A DNA stretch of 64,000 nucleotides from positions 7,066-71,065 of the forward strand of contig JAHEYG010000004.1 of assembly GCA_023251725.1 (NCBI GenBank). The letters run 5' to 3'. Made by a program: the position numbers and the translations under genes. The stretch comes from Sphingobacteriaceae bacterium (GTDB lineage Bacteria; Bacteroidota; Bacteroidia; B-17B0; Aurantibacillaceae). The notes beneath the pieces are model-generated. The model was not told the DNA's origin, ran no database searches, and saw only the letters and a program-made list of their open reading frames with translations. Below are positions 10,410 through 18,043 of this stretch, in pieces (within the stretch, counting starts at the first letter, position 1; each line of letters starts with the position of its first letter).

Positions 10410-10784
10410 ATGTCACGCCAACAAACCATATTAAACTACATAAGCAGAACCATATTTGTATTGCTATTCTTATTTATTGTTTCGGCTTTCACGGGTAAGA
10501 AAGATAAACCGCTTGTTAAGGATACTCATACTGCATTCAGCATGAGACAAAGTCCTGCTATTATAAGTAAGCTAAATGTTTCGTTTCAAAAAAAACAATT
10601 ACCTCCTCTACAGAATATTTTAGTACATCCTTCTCTGCCGGTTACGCTTCAACTCTTCTCAGAGTGTTTTGTGAATAGTGTGTGCATTGCTAAATTTCAA
10701 ACCAGTATAAGACCTTTGTTGTTTAACGGGCTTTGTGTGTATCCCCATCTTCCACAATCTGAGGAACCATCGCTTATCGCTTAA
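10410..10784 (+). CDS. Hypothetical protein (doubtful ORF)
   Basis: 124-aa ORF with one N-terminal hydrophobic segment and no recognisable motif. It lies in a rearranged junction region. Confidence 0.25.
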   Translation: MSRQQTILNYISRTIFVLLFLFIVSAFTGKKDKPLVKDTHTAFSMRQSPAIISKLNVSFQKKQLPPLQNILVHPSLPVTLQLFSECFVNSVCIAKFQTSIRPLLFNGLCVYPHLPQSEEPSLIA

Positions 10785-10879
10785 TTTCCAATTTTATTTT
10801 AATTTCTTAAGGTGTTCTTACAAAAGAATCCTTAAACATTATTAATTATATGTTAAACATTATTTAAAAAAATTTACAA

Positions 10880-11392
10880 ATGAAAAAAATAATCATATTG
10901 GCTTTAGCCATATTAATCATAGTGAGCTGTGCATTTTGTGGCTCTAAAAAAAATAAGCCTTTGCAAGACGGTTTTTATCTTGTTGAACAAAAAGGTTTCG
11001 ATACTACCAACTTTGGTAACATAAGCACTGATCAAGCTGTAATTGGTTTTGATACCGAGTTTTTAATGAATAATCCGCAGGAGTTTTCAAAAATAAAAAT
11101 AGATATTTCTGAATTCGTTCCTTTAGTACTCGAAAAATTACCAGAAGCGCAGCAGCAAACCGAATTAAAAAAATTGCTGCTAATCTCACTAACACCCGAG
11201 GCAACTGAAAAGGTAAAATTATTTACTTCTAAAAATGTCATGCACAGTATTGCCATCGTATTAAAGGGCAAAGCCATTACGATGCATAAAATAAAAGAAG
11301 CTATTACCGACGGAAAAATACAAATTACCCGCTGCGATGATAACGCTTGCGAATATTTATACGTGAGAATGAAAGATAACGTGAAGAAATAA
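10880..11392 (+). CDS. Putative lipoprotein with a SecD-P1-head-like segment (tentative)
   Basis: Signal peptide plus Cys (LAILIIVSCAFCG). The segment IAIVLKGKAITMHKIKEAITDGKIQIT resembles the AIVLDGKVISAP...I.GG.aqItg pattern of the SecD periplasmic domain. Confidence 0.65.
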   Translation: MKKIIILALAILIIVSCAFCGSKKNKPLQDGFYLVEQKGFDTTNFGNISTDQAVIGFDTEFLMNNPQEFSKIKIDISEFVPLVLEKLPEAQQQTELKKLLLISLTPEATEKVKLFTSKNVMHSIAIVLKGKAITMHKIKEAITDGKIQITRCDDNACEYLYVRMKDNVKK

Positions 11393-11410
11393 TTTTTTTG
11401 AAAATAAAAA

Positions 11411-11442
11411 GTCCCGCGACAAATTGTTTCGGGATTTTTTTT
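11411..11442. terminator. Bidirectional hairpin terminator between convergent genes
   Basis: tcccg-N13-cggga stem flanked by an A run upstream and T8 downstream. It overlaps the stop of the GNAT gene. Confidence 0.65.
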
Positions 11443-11947
11443 ACACCCCGTTCTCAAACAAGCTCAAAACATTCCCCCCATAATGATTGGGCACTACTTC
11501 GGTTTTACTTAAATATTGCTGACCTATATAATTAAAACCGCAGCTGATGTAATAGTCGCACAGGGTTTTGTTATTGCCCCAGGTATCCATTCTTATAAAT
11601 TTTTTACTTTCTTGCTTCGCATGTTGCGTCGCCCACTCTTTTATAACACACATTATTTTTTTGCCTTTATGCAAAGGATTTATAGTAATGCGGTGTAAAT
11701 AAATGGCATCCTCCTTATCTTTTTCGCCCCAAATAACCGGGTCGTTGTACATTACCGAAAAAATACAAATGATAACATGGTTCTCAATAATTTTAAAATG
11801 ACGTTTCTCTTTTATTTCTGTTTCAATTAATGTTCTGCTAAACTCGGGCCACAATTCGTATCCCTTTTTTTTCTGGTACTCAACTGCTCTATCAAATAAT
11901 TTAAAAATTATTTCTAAATCGTTTGTATTAGTATTAATAATTTCCAT
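11441..11947 (-). CDS. GNAT family N-acetyltransferase
   Basis: 168-aa ORF with GNAT core pattern IYLHRITINPLHKGKKIMCVIKEWATQHAK....IRMDTW..N..L.DYY...GF. Confidence 0.8.
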   Translation of the reverse strand: MEIINTNTNDLEIIFKLFDRAVEYQKKKGYELWPEFSRTLIETEIKEKRHFKIIENHVIICIFSVMYNDPVIWGEKDKEDAIYLHRITINPLHKGKKIMCVIKEWATQHAKQESKKFIRMDTWGNNKTLCDYYISCGFNYIGQQYLSKTEVVPNHYGGNVLSLFENGV

Positions 11948-12208
11948 TCAGTTTATTCAATCGCCATCCATTTTAAGAAAAGCAGAAAACACCTATCAGA
12001 GTAATTGTTACTATAACGAATTTTTTCAAAGTCTTGCGATATCATCTTATTATTCGTCTCCCATGCCACTAACTTATTTAATCATTAATTCTCCCAACTA
12101 AATCTACAAAAAAAATTCCGCTTGTCAAATATTTTTCTTTTTAAAATCTCAGCTTATTCTTTATCTATATGGTTACAAACACAATTGCCCCCGGGTTACC
12201 GGCCGTGC

Positions 12209-12796
12209 TTATTTTTCGGCGTATGAAAATTGTCCGCATGGAATTATTAATGTGTCGTTTACTTTTAGTTTAAATAATATTGTAGATGAGTTTTCATTTG
12301 AAGTTAAAAGTTTTGTGTTAAAGGGAGTTGTTGGGTCGGGATATTTTGTGGAGGTAAGAAACCCAAAGGTCATAGTATATTTTTCAGTGGGACTTAATAT
12401 TTTATCCAAATGCTCAGACTTATCAATCTCAGAATCCAAAAATATTTTTAGTTCCTTTGAGATACCATGGTCAAAGTGTTGTTCTTTTGGAGTCAAGTGC
12501 CTCGGTAATAAAAATACTTTTGATTTGTACTTGTCCATTAAAAGTTCTGCTGTCTTAGGAAAATAAATTACAAGATGAATCGGAACAATTGAGTCATTTG
12601 TAATTGTCATTGTATAATATCTATAATTATACTCAGTCATAATAGAATCAAAATATTGAAAGCCTTGTCTTGGTCCGTTCTCAATATAAGGTCCTGATTG
12701 CGTTTTAAATATTGTACTGGTTCCGTCGGCTGTATTGGCTGTACAAGAATAAAGGCAAACCAAAATTACGAATCGAAATAAATGTTTTACTGTCAT
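12209..12796 (-). CDS. Hypothetical lipoprotein
   Basis: 195-aa ORF with lipoprotein-type signal FVILVCLYSCT. No recognisable family. Confidence 0.65.
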   Translation of the reverse strand: MTVKHLFRFVILVCLYSCTANTADGTSTIFKTQSGPYIENGPRQGFQYFDSIMTEYNYRYYTMTITNDSIVPIHLVIYFPKTAELLMDKYKSKVFLLPRHLTPKEQHFDHGISKELKIFLDSEIDKSEHLDKILSPTEKYTMTFGFLTSTKYPDPTTPFNTKLLTSNENSSTILFKLKVNDTLIIPCGQFSYAEK

Positions 12797-12818
12797 GTTA
12801 TTTGTTTTGGCATTGCTT

Positions 12819-13100
12819 TTAGTTCCCGGCGTTTACACCCAGCGATAAATCTGCAATACATTTTTCTCTAATTATCCACATGTCAGCCAAACTAAATGAA
12901 ATGTCCGGGTTTTGTAAAAGCCAGTTTTTTAATATAGCTTGATGATAACTTACTTTAAAATTAGTAATTTGTTTTGGTTCTATTTCAATTTCTTCCAGCA
13001 AATCTGCAATGAAGTCTTCTTTTGAAGAGTTTTGTTTTGTGCAATCAATTATTTCACCATCAACCATTAAATAATTATGAGCTTCGGGTATATATTGCAA
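12819..13100 (-). pseudogene. Probable 5'-truncated gene fragment (His-Asp half of a transglutaminase-like/cysteine-protease-like core?)
   Basis: The ORF starts exactly where the IS-derived remnant begins (13098-13100). The first residues, EAHNYLMVDGEIIDC, resemble the H...D part of a Cys-His-Asp core, and no upstream Cys segment is present. Confidence 0.35.
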
Positions 13101-13423
13101 AAAACCGAGCCTCTAAATACGATGGTAAATTAAAAATTACAGGAACGTTGGATGAAGTTTTAAAAGTGTCTTTACGAAAATAGAGGCGGGAAGTCAAAAA
13201 AATTAAAAAAGCAATAGGTTCTACAATTTTAACAATTGTCTAGTTGTTGATAAGTCTGATGAAATAATGAATTATTTACATTAAATACTTAACTAATAAG
13301 TATTTATGTTGTTATTTAGAATTATTATAAATTGTTATTTATGTTGAAAAGTAGTGTTTTTGTTGAAAATAGTTGAATTTCTTGACGTAAATTTGTAGTA
13401 GGAATTTATTCCATTACAACCCT

Positions 13424-14113
13424 TTGAAGAATATTCTTAGGATAAGCCCTCGCAAGAGGGCTTTACTTTTTATCCCAATTAAAGAAACTGAAAAAATAAA
13501 AAAAAGAGTTATCGTCTATATTGACGGATATAATTTTTATTATGGTTTAAGGGAAAATGGGTGGAAAAAATTTTATTGGTTGGATATAGTTTCTTTTTGC
13601 AAAAAATTTCTATCAGATAATCAAGAATTAGTTTGTGTAAAATATTTTTCGGCGCACACCACTCATCCTTCAAAGGGGCCACGTCAAAGCAAATTATTTT
13701 CAGCAAATAAAGAAAATCCTCAATTTCAACTTATTTTAGGGAGTTATTTAAATAAAAATGTTACATGTAGGAACTGCGAAACGACTTTCCAAGTTCCAGA
13801 AGAGAAAAAAACAGATGTAAATATTGCAACGAATTTAATATCTGATTGTATTCATAATAATTGTGATATATCAATATTAATTTCTGGAGACAGTGATTTA
13901 ACGCCTCCTTTAGAATTTATAAAAAATCACAATTCAAATCACACTGTTACCGTTTTTTTTCCTCCAAAACGAGTTGGACATCATTTAAAAATGATTGCTC
14001 ATAATTCAATGTATTTAGAACAGTATAAGGCAAGATTTAAAAATTCTCTACTTCCTGAAAAAGTAGAACTTTCAAATGGGATAATTTTAAATCAACCTGA
14101 TAAATGGAAATAA
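13424..14113 (+). CDS. NYN-domain (LabA/PIN-like) putative ribonuclease; start codon uncertain
   Basis: The motifs VIVYIDGYNFYYG, KKTDVNIATNLISD and ILISGDSDLTPPLEFI match the acidic-residue pattern of NYN domains. The only in-frame start upstream of the domain is the TTG at 13424. There is no ATG, GTG or TTG between the hairpin and the conserved core. Confidence 0.7.
   Translation: MKNILRISPRKRALLFIPIKETEKIKKRVIVYIDGYNFYYGLRENGWKKFYWLDIVSFCKKFLSDNQELVCVKYFSAHTTHPSKGPRQSKLFSANKENPQFQLILGSYLNKNVTCRNCETTFQVPEEKKTDVNIATNLISDCIHNNCDISILISGDSDLTPPLEFIKNHNSNHTVTVFFPPKRVGHHLKMIAHNSMYLEQYKARFKNSLLPEKVELSNGIILNQPDKWK
13444..13472 (+). terminator. GC-rich hairpin with GCAA loop and T-rich tail inside the annotated 5' end of the NYN ORF
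   Basis: aagccctc-gcaa-gagggctt (8-bp stem) followed by tacttttta. Confidence 0.4.
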
Positions 14114-14130
14114 TAAAAAAATTTCATTAT

Positions 14131-14366
14131 CTTTAATTTATACAAATCGTTTTTGGCCGTAAATCGTGGTTCTTAAATCATTAAAAAAATGAAGACAACG
14201 GTTAGTTTGTATAGCGTGCAATTGTTCATTACAACGGCGTATGCCAATATTAGTTGACTCTCGCTAAACGAGCGCTATTTTCTACGGCGGGCTAATATTC
14301 TAAAAAATACCTCCAATAATTCTATATTAAAAACATTTTCTTTGTCCCATTTGGTATATAGGTGCC
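14131..14366 (+). repeat. Copy 1 of the 236-bp non-coding direct repeat (right arm of element X)
   Basis: Aligns end to end with 18044-18280 with roughly a dozen substitutions or indels by eye. It ends TTCTTTGTCCCATTTGGTATATAGGTGCC. Confidence 0.9.
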
Positions 14367-14455
14367 CATATTTCAGCGTTTAAACCAAAAATTATTTTAT
14401 TTCAAATTTAATACCTCAGCCTCCTCTGTATCCCTCTGGTATCAAGCATTTCGCT

Positions 14456-14483
14456 GGCATCTATATACATTGTGGGACAAGAA
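14456..14483. repeat. Left terminal inverted repeat of element Y
   Basis: GGCATCTATATACATTGTGGGACAAGAA compared with the reverse complement of 18252-18280, GGCATCTATATACCAAATGGGACAAAGAA. The first 13 nt are identical, and GGGACAA and GAA are conserved. Confidence 0.7.
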
Positions 14484-14489
14484 AATTTT

Positions 14490-15551
14490 TTAAAAAAGTT
14501 TTAGCTGTCCTTCGGTAGTTATTTTTCTTAGTTGTTCCAAAAACAAATCAGTGTCAAGATAATAATTTGGAAACGCCAACTTGAGAGCCTCAATTGAATC
14601 GGCTGACACTAATACCGCATCTCTATTCCCATTGGCTATTCTCTTTTCAAGAGTAATATAATCGGATGAAGCAGTAGCTAACTGAGTTTGACTATATGCC
14701 TTTATTCTAACTGTTCCTTCTGAGGGGTCTAATTCCAAAAGATAATAATGTGCATTTTTCACTACTTTACTTCCACTTAGTACTTCTATTGAATCTCTAA
14801 AGGTTGTTAAATGCCCTTCAACGCCTAATTTATCTGATAGCAATTTGATTTGTTTTTTTAGTTCATTAATGTCATCAGGCGTTTCTGGTACAATAGGCTT
14901 ACCTTCTTCTATTGCGATTGCAGAACTCATCAAAGCGAAAAATCGCAACCAATCAGCTTCACCTTGACTTGATTTTAAAGATTGTTTAATAAAAGTTCCT
15001 ACCGTTTCAACAGCAGTAGCCCAAGCGTGTTGCATCAATGTTCTAACTTGTATTTCAATTCGCATATCATCATATAGTTTCATTTTATCACTTCGATATT
15101 TGTAAATTAAATGAATACCTCGATAACCTGATTTCTTTGGATTTAAAATATAATCCTGCTCTTTGCTTAATTTATGCTTAATTCCACTACTTGCATTTTT
15201 ATAAATGTCGACTAAAAAATCTACCTCTTCAACATTTTTCATAATTGCCCTACACCCACCTATGTCTTGTATTTGAGCCATATTCATATCGGGAAACCTT
15301 TCAAGTTTGTATTTAATGGAAGCAAGTCGTTTAATTCGTTGCGCTATCAAACTTTCTTGATTTATCTCATTAGCAACTCTCCTAAGTCTTTTTTGAAATG
15401 TATTTAATGGAAAATTATGCGAGGCACGCCAATTATTGATAATAGATAAAGCTAAATCTTTTTCTAAATCAGAAGCAGCATTGTTCACTAAGACCAAGCC
15501 TGCCTTATTAACTTCTCGCCTTGAATTTTCTGGTTTGGGATATGTAGACAT
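14490..15551 (-). CDS. RelA/SpoT-domain (small alarmone synthetase / toxSAS-like) nucleotide pyrophosphokinase with an uncharacterised ~150-aa C-terminal domain
   Basis: 353-aa ORF with the synthetase-domain motifs RIKRLASIKYKL, DIGGCRAI, GYRGIHLIY and EIQVRTLMQHAWA. There is no HD hydrolase domain. Confidence 0.85.
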   Translation of the reverse strand: MSTYPKPENSRREVNKAGLVLVNNAASDLEKDLALSIINNWRASHNFPLNTFQKRLRRVANEINQESLIAQRIKRLASIKYKLERFPDMNMAQIQDIGGCRAIMKNVEEVDFLVDIYKNASSGIKHKLSKEQDYILNPKKSGYRGIHLIYKYRSDKMKLYDDMRIEIQVRTLMQHAWATAVETVGTFIKQSLKSSQGEADWLRFFALMSSAIAIEEGKPIVPETPDDINELKKQIKLLSDKLGVEGHLTTFRDSIEVLSGSKVVKNAHYYLLELDPSEGTVRIKAYSQTQLATASSDYITLEKRIANGNRDAVLVSADSIEALKLAFPNYYLDTDLFLEQLRKITTEGQLKLF

Positions 15552-15577
15552 CTCTAAATTATTTATCCTTCAAATAT

Positions 15578-15610
15578 ACATGCGTTTTACATGCGTTTTA
15601 CATGCGTTTT
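15578..15610. repeat. Three perfect tandem copies of the 11-mer ACATGCGTTTT
   Basis: 15578-15588, 15589-15599 and 15600-15610. The first copy begins 27 nt upstream of the RelA/SpoT start (minus strand), and the array lies ~100 nt upstream of the transposase ATG. Confidence 0.9.
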
Positions 15611-15711
15611 ATAATTAGTTGATTATCAGTATGTTTATTTTACTTTTTAACAATAGTATATTAGGTATATATAGGGACAAATTATATCTTTACATTATAA
15701 AACTAAACGCC

Positions 15712-16650
15712 ATGAATTTTAAATCACTTCCGCAACTACTCGATTACTTCAAAAAAGAAGAAACGTGTATAAAATATTACGAGAAACTTCGTTGGAATAA
15801 TAATCCTACGTGTCCACATTGCGGGAGTGAAAATCCTTATGCAACAACGAGAGGTTATAAATGTTCTGATAGTACGTGCTACAAAAAATTTACCGTGAAA
15901 GTTGGAACCATATTTGAAAATTCTAAAATTCCTTTTCGTATTTGGTTCGCCGCAATTTATTTATGCACATCACATAAAAAAGGAATTAGCTCTGTGCAAT
16001 TAGCCATTGATTTAAACATTACACAAAAAACTGCGTGGTTTGTTTTACATCGCATTCGTGAAATGCTGAAAAAATCTGCACCACAAATGCTGGGAGATAA
16101 CGGGAGTATTGTAGAAAGTGATGCTACGTTTATTGGTGGAAAAGAAAAAAACAGACATACTAATAAGAAACGTAATTTGCTTTATCCCGAATTAAAAAAT
16201 GACGGCACGCCGTACGTTAAAAAGAAAACGGTAATCGGAATTATTGAACGTAACGGTAAAGTCGTTTTAAAACACGTATCTGCGGAGATTGCCGAAAATA
16301 TGGTACCATTTGTACAAGACACGGTTAAAGACGGCGCTAAAGTATTTACAGACCAACACGGCGGTTATTCTGAATTAGCTAAAGTTTATACTCACAATAC
16401 AGTTAACCATTCATTACGTGTTTATGTACAAGGGGAAGTACACACAAATACTATTGAAAATTTTTGGAGTGTTTTAAAACGTGGCTTGTATGGTATTTAT
16501 CATCAGGTAAGCGATAAGCATTTAGAAAGATACTTAAATGAATTTGCGGCTCGTTTTAATGCTCGTCATACAAGCCCTTATGAAAATTTTAATTCTTTTC
16601 TTACCAAAAGCGAAGGCGGGTTGCTTTACAAAAATTTAATTTCAAAGTAA
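15712..16650 (+). CDS. IS1595-family (ISXO2-like) DDE transposase with N-terminal zinc ribbon
   Basis: MNFKSLPQLLDYFKKEETCIKYYEKLRWNNNPTCPHCGS..., GISSVQLAIDLNITQKTAWFVLHRIRE, ESDATFIGGKEKN, VFTDQHGGY, HTNTIENFWSVLKRGLYGIYHQVSDKHLERYLNEF. The ATG at 15712 is preferred over the track start at 15619. Confidence 0.85.
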   Translation: MNFKSLPQLLDYFKKEETCIKYYEKLRWNNNPTCPHCGSENPYATTRGYKCSDSTCYKKFTVKVGTIFENSKIPFRIWFAAIYLCTSHKKGISSVQLAIDLNITQKTAWFVLHRIREMLKKSAPQMLGDNGSIVESDATFIGGKEKNRHTNKKRNLLYPELKNDGTPYVKKKTVIGIIERNGKVVLKHVSAEIAENMVPFVQDTVKDGAKVFTDQHGGYSELAKVYTHNTVNHSLRVYVQGEVHTNTIENFWSVLKRGLYGIYHQVSDKHLERYLNEFAARFNARHTSPYENFNSFLTKSEGGLLYKNLISK

Positions 16651-16665
16651 TTTGTATCTTTGAAT

Positions 16666-16797
16666 ATGGTGAAGAAAAAAGTAAAGAAGAAAATAAAAAA
16701 GAAGCCCACTAAAAAACGGGCTTCTAATTATAACAATAAATTAAAAATTATTGGTTCTTTTGATGATGTTCTAAAGGTGTCAATTTCTTCCAAATAG
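16666..16797 (+). CDS. Small basic ORF (43 aa) conserved at the transposase-distal side of the IS module
   Basis: MVKKKVKKKIKKKPTKKRASNYNNKLKIIGSFDDVLKVSISSK*. It is not in the ORF track (<60 aa). Its C-terminal half is conserved at protein level in the remnant at 13100-13183, which argues for coding selection. Confidence 0.45.
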   Translation: MVKKKVKKKIKKKPTKKRASNYNNKLKIIGSFDDVLKVSISSK

Positions 16798-16798
16798 A

Positions 16799-17098
16799 CT
16801 ATATTGTATTAGCGACCCCTATTATCCCACCCCAAGGATTAACTGAAAAGGTGACACACCTAAGTAAAATTATTGGTGTATTTTCAGCTTGCATAGCGGT
16901 TATAGTTGAATTAAGTTCGTTCAACGCTTTAGCAAAATCTGTATCAACTTTCCATAATAAAGAAGTTGGAAGATTATAAATCTCACTTGGATTATTTGGC
17001 TTTGTATTAAGCCATCTATCATAGTACCCTAATGCCTTCATTCTTTTTCTAAGTTCAGGCAAATTTTCGGTAACATCAAATACAATAGCTACGTTCAT
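16799..17098 (-). CDS. Hypothetical small alpha/beta protein (cargo operon gene 3)
   Basis: 99-aa ORF, 9 nt downstream of the preceding gene. Its stop abuts the IS small-ORF stop. No recognisable family. Confidence 0.6.
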   Translation of the reverse strand: MNVAIVFDVTENLPELRKRMKALGYYDRWLNTKPNNPSEIYNLPTSLLWKVDTDFAKALNELNSTITAMQAENTPIILLRCVTFSVNPWGGIIGVANTI

Positions 17099-17107
17099 TT
17101 TAAATTA

Positions 17108-17401
17108 TTAAGTTATAGATTTTTTTAAATGAGAAATTACAGCCATTAAATAACCAACTATAAAAGGTATGTTTGAATTTTGTTTATCATAAGTTTTTTT
17201 TCTTTCACTTAAATAAGACTCATAAGAGTTTATTCCATTATCTCTCATTTTAGAAATAATGTAATCTTTTTCAACAGATGAAATAAAATAATTCAATAAC
17301 TCTAAGTCTTCAGGAGTTTCTTTACTATCTTTTATTTTACTCTCAATATTGTTTAATAAATCTAAGCTTATTTTTGGATTTTCTATTCCCATTGTTATCA
17401 T
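17108..17401 (-). CDS. Hypothetical small helical protein (cargo operon gene 2)
   Basis: 97-aa ORF, 16 nt downstream of the preceding gene. No recognisable family. Confidence 0.55.
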   Translation of the reverse strand: MITMGIENPKISLDLLNNIESKIKDSKETPEDLELLNYFISSVEKDYIISKMRDNGINSYESYLSERKKTYDKQNSNIPFIVGYLMAVISHLKKSIT

Positions 17402-17417
17402 ATTTCAATTATTTATA

Positions 17418-17942
17418 TCAAACTTGCGGCGGCGGGTTCATTGTTCCTCCAGCATTCATGTCTTTCGCTAGTTCATGCTCCCCTTTTATTAAAGCGACAA
17501 GTTGTTTTGCATCACTTAATTGTTTTTCAATTTCAATTTTATAAATATCATAATTATCTTTCATGTGTTTTTCTACCTCGTTAGAAGTTTTAATATAAAC
17601 ACTAACATTTATGGCTAATAGCAATGTTATAACTATTCCTGCAAAAATATAAAAATCATTAATTCGTGAGTTCAATGAAGCTATTTTTTCGTCAAGTTCT
17701 GTTATATTTTTTGTTTCTTTCTTGAAAATAGAAATTAAATTTGTTAAAGAATCTCTTGATATATTTAAATAATGCAAGCAGTTTTTACTACATTTTTTAC
17801 TACACTTATTACAATTTATTCCTTCATCTTTACTTAAAAGAACTTTGTTAGTATAGAAGCAAAATACAAGTAAAATTATTATAGTGCCTAATAATGAACC
17901 TAAAAAATATCTATACCAATGCGACTTAAAATCCTTAATCAT
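17418..17942 (-). CDS. Two-TM membrane protein with Cys-rich loop and C-terminal coiled coil (cargo operon gene 1)
   Basis: 174-aa ORF with hydrophobic segments YFLGSLLGTIIILLVFCFYT and FYIFAGIVITLLLAINVSVYI, the Cys cluster CNKCSKKCSKNC, and the heptad-like tail EIEKQLSDAKQLVALIKGEHELAK. Confidence 0.65.
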   Translation of the reverse strand: MIKDFKSHWYRYFLGSLLGTIIILLVFCFYTNKVLLSKDEGINCNKCSKKCSKNCLHYLNISRDSLTNLISIFKKETKNITELDEKIASLNSRINDFYIFAGIVITLLLAINVSVYIKTSNEVEKHMKDNYDIYKIEIEKQLSDAKQLVALIKGEHELAKDMNAGGTMNPPPQV

Positions 17943-18013
17943 TAATTGAAACCTTACAAAACCCTAAAGTAGTAAATATTTCAGATTTGTTAGATTTTTA
18001 CCAAAATTTAGGA

Positions 18014-18039
18014 CGATTTTTAGAATGTTGTAAAAATCG
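18014..18039. promoter_or_regulatory. 9-bp inverted repeat (candidate operator) upstream of the cargo operon
   Basis: CGATTTTTA-gaatgttg-TAAAAATCG lies ~70-100 nt upstream of the 17942 start and directly abuts repeat copy 2. Confidence 0.35.
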
Positions 18040-18043
18040 CTAA

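Larger units (their letters stand above)
13098..14366 (+). mobile_element. 5'-truncated sibling (element X) of the IS1595-family element at 14456-18280: tail of the small basic ORF, NYN cargo gene, conserved 236-bp right arm
   Basis: 13099-13183 is homologous to 16711-16797 (translated NRASKYDGKLKITGTLDEVLKVSLRK* vs KRASNYNNKLKIIGSFDDVLKVSISSK*). 14131-14366 is a near-identical copy of 18044-18280 and ends in the same terminal motif. Confidence 0.45.

Noticed and set aside
14270-14295. C(UACG)G vs C(UUCG)G, an apparently UNCG-preserving substitution between the two arm copies, as evidence for RNA structure
   Set aside because: The flanking bases do not extend the helix (the next pair would be U-C), so the tetraloop reading is unsupported. 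Only the outer AATATTAG/CTAATATT pairing is kept as an observation.
14131-14366. The 236-bp direct repeats as tRNA-derived att sites of an integrase-type island
   Set aside because: I could find no cloverleaf-like or tRNA 3'-end sequence in the repeat, and there is no integrase gene nearby. The repeat ends in an IS-type terminal inverted repeat that also occurs inverted at 14456-14483.
15619-15711. N-terminal extension of the transposase ORF (MIISMFILLFNNSILGIYRDKLYLYIIKLNA)
   Set aside because: IS1595 transposases start at the MNFKSL...CPHCG zinc-ribbon region. The extension is AT-rich, read through from a non-ATG start, and overlaps the repeat/promoter region.
16799-17098. 99-aa cargo protein as a Cas2/VapD-like ferredoxin-fold protein (MNVAIVFDV...LRKRMKALGY)
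   Set aside because: The resemblance is limited to the first beta-strand and helix pattern, with no CRISPR array or cas genes nearby. This is too weak to call.
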